A stretch of 64,000 nucleotides of DNA from an uncultured Actinomycetota bacterium (GTDB lineage: Bacteria; Actinomycetota; Thermoleophilia; RBG-16-64-13), in contig CAVZSN010000011.1 of the NCBI GenBank assembly GCA_963777945.1, positions 164,303 through 228,302 on the forward strand, given 5' to 3'. Of the stretch, positions 13,301 to 24,250 are shown piece after piece. The position numbers and the translations under genes are program-made. The notes beneath the pieces were generated by a model. That model saw only the letters and a program-made list of their open reading frames with translations. It made no database searches and was not told where the DNA came from. Positions within the stretch are counted from its first letter, which is position 1. Every line of letters begins with the position of its first letter.

Positions 13301-15211
13301 CTCCGCCTCCTCCCGGCAGACACGAGCGCTCCCGTGTCGACTCGAACGGCGTCGAACCTGCACGACTGTCGGCAGGCATCACACTGGATGCACAGCCTCT
13401 GGTCGATGACGTGCACCTGCTTGCGCTCCCCGCTCACGGCGCCCGCCGGGCAGGCCAAGGCGCAGGCCCGGCAGCCGGTGCAGGCTTCCTCGTCGATGTG
13501 GTAGCGGATGAGCGGCCGGCACACTTTTGCCGGGCAGCGGTGCTCCTCGACATGGGCCATCACCTCGTCGCGGAAGTAACGCAGGGTCGACAGGACCGGG
13601 TTCGGGGCGCTGCCTCCCAACGCGCACAGCGAGCCTTCGGCCACGTCCTCGGCCAGCGCCTCCAGCAGGCCGATGTCATCCACTGTAGCCAGACCGGCTG
13701 AGATGCGCTCGAGGATCTCGAGCATGCGAGTAGCGCCGACCCGACAGGGTACGCACTTGCCGCAGCTCTCCTCGGAAGTGAACTTGAGGAAGAACTTGGC
13801 GAAGTCGACCATGCACGTGGTGTCGTCGACCACCACCATGCCGCCGGAGCCCATCATGGAGCCGGCAGCCAGCAGGCTTTCGAAATCGATCGGCTCATCG
13901 AGCAGCGAGGCGGGGAGGCAACCACCGGAGGGACCTCCGAGTTGAACGGCCTTGAAATGCCGGCCGGGCAGCATACCTCCGCCGATATCGAAGATCACCT
14001 GGCGCAGCGTCGTGCCCATGGGGACCTCGATGAGACCTCCGTTCACTACCTTGCCGGTGAGCGAGAAGATCTTGGTGCCCTTGCTGGTGGCCGTACCCAT
14101 GGCGGCGAAGGCATCCGCGCCGTGGTTGACGATCCACGGGACGTTGGCGTAGCTCTCCACGTTGTTGAGGTTGGTCGGTTGGCCCCAGAGGCCGTGGGCC
14201 GCCGTGCGGATATGCTTGCCTCGCGGCATGCCCCGCAGTCCCTCGATGGATGCCGTCAAGGCCGTCGACTCACCGCAGACGAACGCGCCGGCGCCCTGGT
14301 TGATGCGGATGTCGAAGTCGAAGCCCGAAGCGAGGATGTTCTCGCCCAGGAGACCGCGCTCCCGCGCCTGGTCCAGGGCAGACCGCAGCCGCTCGACCGC
14401 GAACGGATACTCATGCCGCACGTATACGTACCCGGCCACGGGGCCGTTGTCCGCGCCGATGGCGTATGCCGCGATGATCATGCCCTCGATGACGCTGTGC
14501 GGGTTCCCCTCCAGCACCGAGCGGTCCATGAAGGCGCCCGGATCACCCTCGTCGGCGTTGCAGATGACGTAGTGGACGGCGCCCGGATTGCCGCGCGACG
14601 TACGCCACTTCCTACCCGTCGGGAAACCGGCCCCGCCGCGGCCGCGGAGGCCGCTGCGCTCGATCTCGTCGATGACGGCGACCGGATCGGCGGCGGACAG
14701 CACTTTGGCCAGCGCCGCATACCCCCCGTGGGCCAGGTAGTCGTCGATGGAGAAGGGGTCCACCTTGCCGTTGAGGCTGAGGACCACCCGGCTTTGCAGC
14801 GCATAGAAGGGGATCTCGCGCTCCAGGGCCAGGGGCTCACCGGTCTGAGGATGCTTGTAGAGGAGGCGCTCGACGACGCCGTCGCCGACGATGCTCGTGT
14901 CGATGATCTCGGCGACATCCTTGGCCTGCAACCGGGGATAGAAGATCCCGCGCGGGCGGAGCACCATGATGGGTCCCTGTTCGCAGAAGCCGTGGCAGCC
15001 GGTCTCGATGACGGCTACCCGGTCGGTCAGTCCCCGCTGTTCCAGTCCGGCCTCGACCGCCTTGCGCAGCGCCACCCTGCCGGACGCGTGACATGCGGTG
15101 CCGGCGCAGATGCGGATCTCGGTCCTCGTATCGTCGGCCAGATAGGCGCCGGAGCCGGCGGCGACTGCCGCCTGCAGGGCGGCCGCGATCTTGGCGGCGC
15201 GCGGCGCTCAC
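13297..15211 (-). CDS. HydB/NuoF-like FMN/NAD subunit (BfuB) with N-terminal 2Fe-2S and C-terminal 2x4Fe-4S
   Basis: CAGTAC...CHGFC (first part in the shifted frame), RGRGGAGFPTG, CNADEGDPGAFMDR, GAGAFVCGE, CGKCVPCR..CALG, H..CPAKVC, CTGCRACALACP, CIQCDACRQSC; ATGA overlap with the next gene. Confidence 0.93.
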
Positions 15212-16078
15212 GACCCCGCCTCCTGTTTGCGCAGCCTGCGCACCAACCGGCGGGCCTCGGTGGGGCCCATCCGACCGAACGTCTCGTCGTCGCCCAGGCG
15301 GACCACCGGGGCCAGAGCACAGGCGCCCACGCAGTTGACGGTCTGCAGGGTGAAGAGACCGTCAGGGGTGGTCCCGCCCACGGGGATCTCGAGTTCTTGG
15401 CTGAAGGCCTCCAGCACCAGAGGGGCGCCGGCCACGTGGCAGGCCGTGCCCATGCACACGTCGATGACGTACTTGCCCACCGGCATCAGCCGGAACTGGC
15501 TGTAGAAGCTCGCCACTCCGTAGACCCGAGAGAAATCCAGGTGCATCTCGTCGGCGATGGTCTCGAGAGCGGCCCGCGGCAGGTAGCCGTAGGCTTCCTG
15601 AGTGGCGTGCATCGCTTCGATGAGACCCGACCCCGAGCGGATGCCGGCGATGACCGGATCGAGCAGCTTCATGTCGATGGGAGCCTGGAACGCCGCCGGC
15701 TTCTCGCCCATGACGCAGGCCGAGGCCGCCCCGCAGCTCTCGCCGGGGAGTGTCGCCAGGGCCGCCGCCCGGGCCGCCTCGATGTCGAAGGCCTGCTCGG
15801 GGAATTCGGGGCAGTACTCCAGCTCGATGCAATCGACGGGGCAGGTGCGCTCGCAGAGGGTGCAGGAGTAGCACCTGTAGTCGCCCGTCGGGCTCTTCCA
15901 CCAGGCTCAGCAGACCGGCGCCCTTGGGCTTGCCGACCAGCTGCCGGCGCTCGAAGTCGATGCCCTTGAGGACCTCGTAGAGGGCGGAGCCCCTCGGTCC
16001 TGTCTCGCCGCCGGTCGCGCGTTCTGGGCTGGAGACGCGCGGCCCTCCGCCGTTCCCGTTTCGCTTGCCGTTCGCCAT
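15208..16078 (-). CDS. HydC/NuoE-like 2Fe-2S subunit (BfuC) with N-terminal NuoI-like 4Fe-4S extension (frameshift near 15895)
   Basis: QEAYGYLP, VASFYSQF, VCMGTACH, NCVGACALAP; the same frame extends upstream as YRCYSCTLCERTCPVDCI; GAGG precedes ATG 16078. Confidence 0.85.
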
Positions 16079-16088
16079 TCCGACTACC

Positions 16089-17292
16089 TCAGTCTTTGCG
16101 CAGGTTCAGGTAGCGGCGCTCGGTGGATGCCCGCTTGCCGCCGCGCGCCGTCTCTTCGAGCACCGCGAAGGCCTGCTCGATGTTGTCGGGGAAGATGTCG
16201 CGCCCGCCCAGACCGTAGATGAACGGCAGCACCTGAGGCCGGGGATCGTTGTCGTAGAGCGCGGCCCGGATCTCCAAGAACACCGGACCGCCTTGAGCAC
16301 CGAAAGAGTCGGCCCGGTCCATCACGCCCACGACCTTGACGTGCTTCAGGGCTTCGGCGTAGGCCGCGGCGGGGAAGGGCCGGAACACCCTCACCCGGAC
16401 CATGCCCGCTTTGACCCCCTTGGAGCGCAGCTGGTCCACCACCATCCTGGTGGTGCCTGCCGTGGAGCCGACCACCACGATGGCGATCTCGGCGTCGTCC
16501 AGCCGGTAGGGGTCGAGGAGGCCGTAGTGGCGGCCGGTGAGCTCGGCGTACTCGTCGGCCACGTCGGCGATGACCTGGAAGGCGCGGTCCATGGCCCGGT
16601 TCTGAGCGACCTTGTGCTCGAAATACCAGCCGTGCAGGCCGTCGAACGGTCCAACCGTGACCGGGTTCTTGACGTCGAGCAGGGGGTTGACGGCCTGGTA
16701 GGGGCCGATGAAATCGCGGGCCCTCTCGTCCTCGAGGGTGACCAGGGGTCCGATGGCCCCGCTGATGACGTACCCGTCGTACATGTGCATGGTGGGGGTG
16801 CGCACGTCCATGTGCTCGGCGATGCGGATCGCCTGGAGGCAGTTGTCGTAGGCCTGCTGGTGGTTCTCGCCGTAGAGCTGGATCCAGCCCGTGTCGCGGC
16901 CGCCCATGCTGTCGCTGTGGTCGCAGTGGATGTTGATGGGCCCGGAGAGCGCCCGGTTGACCGTGGTCATGACGATCGGCAGCCGGTAGCTGGCGGCCAC
17001 GATAGAGGAGCTCCCACATCAGGGCGAAGCCCTGCGAGGAGGTGGCCGTCATGGTGCGCGCGCCGCCCGCGGCCGCGCCTATGACCGCGCTCATGGCGGA
17101 GTGCTCCGACTCCACCGTGACGAACTCGGTGTCCACGATGCCGTCGGCCACCATCTGCGCGTAGAGTTGGACCACCTCGGTCTGGGGAGTGATGGGATAG
17201 GCGCATACCACGTCGGGGTTGATCTGGCGCATAGCCTCGGCCACGGCTTCGTTGCCGGTGACCGCCAGGATGGTCTGCTCCTTGCCGGCCAT
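16089..17292 (-). CDS. porA: Pyruvate/2-oxoacid:ferredoxin oxidoreductase alpha subunit (frameshift near 17000)
   Basis: [61 protein letters not shown]. Confidence 0.93.
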
Positions 17293-17296
17293 GCCG

Positions 17297-17637
17297 CTAC
17301 TCCTTCTCCTCGGTCTTCATAGCGATGGCATGCTCCGGGCATTCGGTGGCGCAGATGCCGCAGCCCTTGCAGTGCTTCAGATCGATGCCCACCGCCTTGC
17401 CGTCGCGGATGATGATGGAGGCGTCGGGACAGTAGAAGTAGCAGAGCATGCAGCCCGTGCACTTGGCGGCACGTCGATCTCGGGTACCAGCGACCGCCAG
17501 CCGCCGGTCTCGAACTCCTCGGAGTTGCCGGCGCAGGGGATGGTGGCCCCCAGCTCGTGCTTGTCAGGTCCCCAGGTGGCTATATCGCTCACGTCCCACC
17601 GCGATGGATCCGCAGGGGGCTTGTCCGCCGCGGTCAT
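17297..17637 (-). CDS. porD: 2-oxoacid:ferredoxin oxidoreductase delta subunit (2x4Fe-4S), frameshift near 17470
   Basis: ETGGWRS, then [13 protein letters not shown] and [13 protein letters not shown] in the shifted frame. Confidence 0.9.
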
Positions 17638-18244
17638 TCGCTCTGGACCTCCTCGTAGCTGCGGGTGATGGCCGAGGATGTTGCCCTCGACCACTTTGGG
17701 AGGGAACTTCTTACCGAACTCGTAGCGAAGGAACTCCACCACCTTCTCGATGGGGAAGAGCCCGGTGATGCGCGTGAGCGCGCCCACCATGGGCGTGTTG
17801 GGGATGGGGCGTTTGATGGTCTCGATGGCGATGCGGGTGGCCGCGATGGTGAACAGGCGACCTCGCTTGAGGCCGTACTTCTGGCGGAGTTCGGCGGGAG
17901 ACATCTCGCGAGTTCACCAGGACACCGCGTCGTCGGGGGCGCCCTTGGTCACATCGATCGCGCCGAAGAGCGACGCGTCGAGCACCACCACGATCCTGGG
18001 ATGCTCGATGCCCGCAGTAGATCTGGATGGGGTCGTCGCTCACCCGCGTGAACGCGACGATAGGCGCGCCGGAGCGTTCCGGCCCGTACTCGGGGAAGGC
18101 CTGGAAGTACTTGCCCTGGCCCAAGGCCAGCTCCGCCACCATCTTGGCGGCGGTGACGGCTCCCTGGCCGCCGCGCGCGTGCCAGCGTATCTCGGTAAGG
18201 GCGGATTCGGTCTGCGGCATCTTGTCTGGGTGGGGCGTGGCCAT
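17634..18244 (-). CDS. porC: 2-oxoacid:ferredoxin oxidoreductase gamma subunit (frameshifted)
   Basis: [41 protein letters not shown]. Confidence 0.93.
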
Positions 18245-18449
18245 CAGTGGAGCCGGCTCCGATTCACCAAAGCGCTGGACACCGACGCAAGAGCCGGCGA
18301 TGAAGCCGCTGTCTCAGGTCCCCGACAGACGCGGGAAAGCCGTTTCTCGGCCATGCCAAACACAGATACTCCTTCTGGCTTGCCGGCAATGAACCCCCCC
18401 ACCGCCGGCGACGTCCGTGACCCCGAGGATCATGCGAAAGCGATAGCGC

Positions 18450-18517
18450 ATTATACACCTGGCGATGTTCCAGTCCCGCTCTTGGGGTCATTCGCCCGGG
18501 AAGGCCGGTGCTATAAT
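18450..18517. promoter_or_regulatory. Divergent sigma70-type -10 boxes for the por/bfu operon and the thiamine operon
   Basis: Perfect TATAAT on the minus strand at 18450-18455 and TGcTATAAT (extended -10) on the plus strand at 18509-18517, in a very GC-rich background. Confidence 0.7.
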
Positions 18518-18532
18518 CGTCCGGTCTGAGAC

Positions 18533-18627
18533 ATACCTTGCTAGGGGAGCGTGTAGCTGAGAGTGTGGCCCGGCCACAGACCCTACGAACCTGATCTGGG
18601 TAATGCCAGCGAAGGGAAGTAACGGTG
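18533..18627 (+). ncRNA. TPP (thi-box) riboswitch
   Basis: GGGGAGC...GCTGAGAG-hairpin-ACCC..GAACCTGATCTGGGTAATGCCAGCGAAGGGAAG; begins just after the extended -10. Confidence 0.95.
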
Positions 18628-18722
18628 ATCCGCCTCAGCCTCGTCGCCGTCTGACGGCGCTCTGACGTCGACCTCGACAGATCGCCGCATCCACCCCCAG
18701 TCGCTCCGAAGAGGAGTGACGC

Positions 18723-19413
18723 ATGCATGCTGTCGTCGTGGCAGGCTCGAGTCTGAGCGAGCGAGCTGGACCGCGCGGCGCTGGCCGCTGCCGACCTTCT
18801 GGTGGCCGTGGACGGCGGAGCCGACGCCCTAGCGCGGGCGGGGCTGGTGCCGTCGCTGTTGGTGGGCGACATGGACTCCGTCTCGGCCGCGCGACCCGCG
18901 CGGATCTTGGAGGCGCGAGGCGTCGAGATCGTGCTGCTGCCCACCGCCAAGGACGAGACCGACACCGAGGCCGCGCTGCGCCTGGTGGTCGACCGGGGGG
19001 CCGACGACATCACCGTGTTCGGGGCGCTCGGCGGGCCGCGCCTGGACCATCTGCTTGGGCAATCTACTGCTGCTCGACGGCGCCCTGGCTGGCGGAGGTC
19101 GCGGTGCACTTGGTGGACGACCTGCACGAGGTCTTCCTGGTGAAGGGCGACGCGGTGTTCGGCGGGTCGGCCGGGGGACATCGTCTCCCTGCTTGCCGCT
19201 CACCCCGGAGGTGGAGCACGTGCGGACCGAGGGACTGCTCTATCCGCTGGCGGGCGAGACGCTCTGCTGCAGTCGGCACACCAGGGGGCTGAGCAACGAG
19301 ATGACCGGCCCCGAAGCCCGGGTGACCCACGGCGAGGGCCTTGCTTCTCTGATCCACTACCGAGGGGAGGTCAGAGGCGATGACGAAGCGGATCGAGAGC
19401 ATCTGGCTATACA
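18723..19413 (+). CDS. thiN: Thiamine pyrophosphokinase (frameshifted; 3' end approximate)
   Basis: VAVDGGAD, LVGDMDSV, KDETDTEAAL, GALGGPRLDHLL, VRTEGLLYPL, GLSNEM. Confidence 0.88.
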
Positions 19414-19748
19414 GGTGAGGGCTACGCGGACCGGTGCGATCGGCTGCCAGTTCTCGGTGTATCCGCTGCGGCAGGACGACATCGACGCCCGCCGTGCGGG
19501 CGTCCATCCAGGCCGTGCGCGCCGAGGGCTGCTCGGTGCGGGTGGGCAACCTGAGCACGCTGCTGCACCGGAAGCGAAGACCAGGTGTTCGCGCGCTGCG
19601 GGCGGCGTTCCGCGCCGCGCAGCGCCACGGCCCGGCGGTGATGACCGCCACGTTCGCGGCCGGCATGCCCACCGACGAACTGGTGGCCGAGATCCAGACA
19701 GGTCGACGCTGGGCGCCGGCACGGCCGCGCTGCAAGGCCGCGTCGTGA
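19412..19748 (+). CDS. YkoF/DUF77-like thiamine-binding protein (frameshifted)
   Basis: GCQFSVYPL..DDID.AVRASIQAV..G..VRVGNLSTLL, FRAA; lies in the TPP-riboswitch operon. Confidence 0.7.
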
Positions 19749-19749
19749 G

Positions 19750-20553
19750 GTGGACCGCTGCATGAAGTGGCGCAGGGACATCGCTCCGCCGGTCTTGCTC
19801 ATCGTCGTGCTGGTCCTGGGCTGGTACTTCGTGGCCAAGGTGAGCGGGCTGGGTTCGTTCGTGCTGCCCTCGCCGGTGGATGTCGTCGCGGGCCGGCTGG
19901 GAGACGAGGGATCTCCTGCTCGACGCGATAGGCACCACCCTGCTGGCGACCGGCATAGGGCTGGTGCTGGCCGCTCGTGGCCGGCGTCGGGTTGGCGGCC
20001 CTGATGGATTTCTGGCCGCTCGCGCGCCGGGCTCTCTATCCGCTCTTGGTCGCGTCGCAGACGATACAGATACTCGCCATCGCGCCGATCCTGGTCATCT
20101 GGTTCGGCTTCGGGATGACTCCCACCGTCTCCATCGTGGTGCTCTTCTGCTTCTTCCCGCTCACGATGAGCACGGCCGACGGCCTGGCGTCCTCAGACCC
20201 GGAACTGATCGCTCTGCTGCGGGCCATGGGCGCCAAGCAGGAGACAGATCTGGCGGATGGTCCGCCTGCCGTCGGCTCTGCCCTCGTTCTTCACCGGCCT
20301 GCGCATGGCCGTCACCTACAGCATCGTGGCGGCGACCATCGGGGAGTGGGTGGGAGGCTCCTCGGGGTTGGGGCTGTACCTGCTCCGCTCCAAGAACGCG
20401 CTGGCGACAGACCAGGTGTTCGCGGCGATGTTCATCACCTCGCTGCTGAGCGTGGCTCTCTTCGTGCTGGTCTACGTCATCGAGCGCGTGACTCTGCCCT
20501 GGTACCACTCTCTCCAGCGGAAAGAGCAGTGGGAGGGGCAGGGCATCTACTAG
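19750..20553 (+). CDS. ABC transporter permease (ThiX/SsuC type), frameshifted
   Basis: LPSPVDV, SQTIQILAIAPILVIWFGFG, VRLPSALPSFFTGLRMA, IGEWVGGSSGLG. Confidence 0.88.
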
Positions 20554-20577
20554 GCCATCGGGAAGGAAGGATCGAAG

Positions 20578-21563
20578 ATGAAACGCCTGTCCCTCGTCGT
20601 GTCTCTGCTGCTTCGTCGCCGTTCTCGCCGGCTCGTGCGGCAGCACGGCGCCCGCGGGAGCCGACCCCGGTGACGCTCATGCTCGACTGGGTGCCCAACA
20701 CCAACCACACCGGCATCTTCGTGGCCAGAGACAAGGGCTACTTCGCGGAGGCCGGACTGGACGTCGAGATCGTCGAGCCGGGCGAGGTCTACCCCGAAGC
20801 GGCGGTCGCCGGCGGCGCCGCCGACTTCGGCATCAGCTTCCAGGAGATCCGTGACCCTCGCTCGGGCCGAGGAGGCGCCCATCGTCTCCATCGCCGCCGT
20901 CCTCCAGCACAACACGTCCGGTTTCGCCTCGCTCGCCGGCTCGGAGCGTCGACCAGCCCGGCCGATTTCGAGGGGCTACGCTACGGGGCGTGGGGCTCGC
21001 CTTCCGAGGCGCCCACTCTCAAGGCCCTGATGGAGTGCTCGGGCGCCGATTTCAGCAAGCTGGAGATAGTGACCACCGGGTTCTCCGACCCGCTGGCGCT
21101 CCTCGCCGAGGAGCAGATCGACCTGGCCTGGATCTACTACGGCTGGCAGGGCATCCAGGCCGAACAGAGGGCATCGACCTGGACGTGGTGATGATGAAGG
21201 ACTACTTCGACTGCGTCCCCGACTTCTACACGCCGGTGGTGATCGCCAGCGAGGCCACCATCGCCGACAAGCCGGACGTGGTCGAAGGCCCTGCTCGAGG
21301 CCCTGTCGCGCGGCTACACGTTCGCGGCGGAGCATCCGGATGAGGCCGCGGAGATCCTTCTGAGCGCGGTGCCCGAGCTCGACAGCGCGCTGGTCAAGGA
21401 GAGCCAGAGATGGCTCTCCGACTACTACATCGCCGAGGCCCCCCGCTGGGGCGAGCAGAAGGAGAGCGTCTGGCAGGACTACGCCGACTGGATGGTCGAG
21501 AACGGCGTCGTGACGACTCCCATCGCTCCCGAAGACGCGTTCACCAACCGGTTCTTGCCCTAG
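20578..21563 (+). CDS. ABC transporter substrate-binding protein (NMT1/THI5, ThiY-like), frameshifted
   Basis: Signal-like N-terminus, LMLDWVPNTNHTGIFVARDKGYF, ADFGISFQE, PDFYTPVVIA, AFTNRFLP. Confidence 0.88.
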
Positions 21564-21564
21564 C

Positions 21565-22344
21565 GTGCAGGGGCTCGGAGTGACGACACCACGCATCGAG
21601 CTGCGGCACGTCAGCAAGACCTTCGTGGGCAATGGCCGCACCGTCCCGGCGCTGCGCGACATCTCTCTCAAGGTGATGCCCGGGGAGTTCGTCACCATCA
21701 TCGGGGCCAGCGGCAGCGGCAAGAGCACGCTGTTCAATCTCTGCGTGGGCCTGCTGGAACCCGACGAGGGTTCGATCATCATCGACGGCGAGGAGCCGCG
21801 AAGTCGCCTGGGGATGCTGGGCTACATGCCGCAGCGCGATCTGCTGCTGCCCTGGCGGAGCGTTCTGGACAACGTGCTCCTACCCCAGGACATCAAGGGC
21901 GTCCCCCGCAGGGAATCCCGGGAGCAGGCTCTCGAGATGTTCCGTCGCTTCGGCTTGGAGGGCTTTGAGCACGACTATCCATCGTCGCTCTCCGGAGGCA
22001 TGCGCCAGCGCGCCGCTCTGCTCCGGACCTGGCTCACCGGCTGCGACACCCTGCTGCTCGACGAGCCCTTCGGAGCTCTGGACGCCCTCACCCGCAAGGA
22101 GCTGCAGGACTGGCTGCTGAGGGTGTGGCAGGAGTTCGGGCGGACCGTGGTGTTCATCACCCACGATGTCGAAGAAGCCGTCTATCTCGCCGACCGGGTG
22201 ATCGTCCTGAGCGCCCGCCCGGGCACGGTGAAGCGGGAGCTGGCGGTGGATCTGCCTCGTCCTCGCCGCCAGAGGATGGTCGCCGAGCCCGGTTTCGGCG
22301 CAGCTGGTCAGGGGCTGCTGGGGGACCTGGGGGTGGATACCTAA
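21565..22344 (+). CDS. ABC transporter ATP-binding protein
   Basis: [33 protein letters not shown]. Confidence 0.95.
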   Translation: MQGLGVTTPRIELRHVSKTFVGNGRTVPALRDISLKVMPGEFVTIIGASGSGKSTLFNLCVGLLEPDEGSIIIDGEEPRSRLGMLGYMPQRDLLLPWRSVLDNVLLPQDIKGVPRRESREQALEMFRRFGLEGFEHDYPSSLSGGMRQRAALLRTWLTGCDTLLLDEPFGALDALTRKELQDWLLRVWQEFGRTVVFITHDVEEAVYLADRVIVLSARPGTVKRELAVDLPRPRRQRMVAEPGFGAAGQGLLGDLGVDT

Positions 22345-22417
22345 GGAGGCCGTGATGGCCACCGCGCGGCAGCACCGGCGCGCCGCGATCCGCCGAGTCG
22401 CGGAGCGCGAAGGCGAG

Positions 22418-24165
22418 CTACTTGAAGAAGCGCGATCTCCGAGATCTCCACGCCGTAGCGTCCGTCGGTGAGCTCGGTCAGCTTGGTGAACCAGATACGG
22501 CCCGCTGAGAGCGGCTCGCGCAGAGTGATGATCTGCGTGGACTTGCCTCGAGCTTGGCGATACTGGCCGTCCGAGCCCGAGGAGACGTCCTGCTGCAGCT
22601 CTCCCTCCCAGCCCTCCACCGGCGGAGACGATCTCGATGATGGTGGCCGCGCTCGTCCAGGGTGAAGACCAGGCCCACTCCGTCTTTCGAGATTGCCGAA
22701 GGCGGCGGACTTGTAGAGCTCGGTGGACCACGAGGTGCTCTCCTTGCCGTCGGTGAGGTTGGGCGAGGTCGTCGGGTTCTCGGTCTGGTCGCCCTCCGGG
22801 TCGTAGTCCTCCATCTCGGTGACGGTCACCGGCGACGGGCTCTCTGGCTCACCGTGAGGGTCAGCATGCCGTCTTCGACTCTGATGCCGGCGATCGGGAT
22901 CCTGCTCGAGGACGGTGTCGGCGTCGGTATCGAAGGAGGGTATCTCCTCGGTGACCTCGACCTTCATGCCCGCGTCGGCCGCCAGCTGCCTCGGCCTCGT
23001 CGAGCGGTAAGGCCCACGACGTCGGGGGCTGGCTGCTCCCACCAGAACCAGAGTGACGACGATGACGATCACGGCTATCAGGAGCACCGCTGCGCCACGG
23101 CCGCGGCGATCTGCCAGCGCGCCTGGCTCGAGCGCTTCTTGGCCTGCGTCTCGCAGTCTGGTCGCGCTGCCAGGCCGGCATGTCGCGCGGTGTCCTCCCG
23201 CGGCGCGACGCCCGAATCGTCGCGAGGTCCCGCTCGTCGGAATGTCGCGTGCTTGCGCTCGTCGTCGGCGCCGCGCTTCTGCTTGCCCCGTGCGAGCGGT
23301 CTCTCGGCTCCGCTGGAAGCGTGTACAGCCCGAGGCCGACCAGCGCGCCGAGGAGCTCGTCCATGGACTCGAAGCGGTCGTCGGGGAGCTTCTCGAGGCA
23401 GCGCATGACGATCTTCTCGAGCCCCGCGGGGCAGGTCGGTGCGGGCGTCGGTCAGGGGCGGGGGCGTGCCTGTTGAGGTGCTGGCGGGCGATCTCGGGCA
23501 TGTTGTTGCCGTCGAACGGCGGATGCCCGGCGAGCATCTCGTACATGACCATGCCCAGCGAGTAGATGTCCGAGCGGGCGTCCACCGGCTTGCTGCGGAT
23601 CTGCTCGGGGGACATGTAGCGGGCGCTGCCGATGATCGGACCCGGCGCGCGTGACCCGGGTCCAGTCGGGTCCGGTGGCGATGCCGAAGTCGGAGACCTT
23701 GGCATGCCCCTGCCGGTCGATGAGGATGTTCTGCGGCTTGACGTCTCGGTGGACGATGCCGGCCTGGTGGGCCGCGGCCAGTCCCTCGGCCACCTGGCCG
23801 ACGATGCGGCCGAAGCCTCGCGGCGGCCATGTGGCCCTCGCGTATCAGCTCCTTGAGCGAGCGGCCCTCCACGTACTCGAACACCAGGTAGTCGTCGTTC
23901 TCGCTGGAGCCGCGGTCGATGAGGGCGACCAGGTTGGGATGGTACAGTAGGGCCAGCGCGCGGCCTTCGCGGTCGAACCGGGCCCGGGTGCGGGGATCCT
24001 GGTTGAGCGGAGGCTCGAGGCGCTTGATGGCCACAAAACGCTGCTAGCCTGGTGTCCCAGGCCTGGTAGACGATGCACATGCCGCCGCGACCGAGCACTC
24101 GGCCCAGCTGGTAGCGGTTCTTCAGGAGCGGTCCCGCCCCGCTTTCGTCGGTCCGGTTCAGCCAT
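22418..24165 (-). CDS. Membrane Ser/Thr protein kinase with PASTA-like and C-terminal extracellular domains (many frameshifts)
   Basis: [57 protein letters not shown]; TM helix; VLEQDP; [13 protein letters not shown]. Confidence 0.88.
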
Positions 24166-24250
24166 CGCTGTATGAAAGCTCTGGCTCTTGGATATGGAGA
24201 AACCGAGACACTATCATAGAACGCGCACGAGCATTGGAGGTGGCGGCGAG

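Noticed and set aside
19055-19765. ThiN-YkoF fusion ORF
   Set aside because: The region is indel-rich and the joined frame alternates between sense and nonsense; a fusion cannot be supported.
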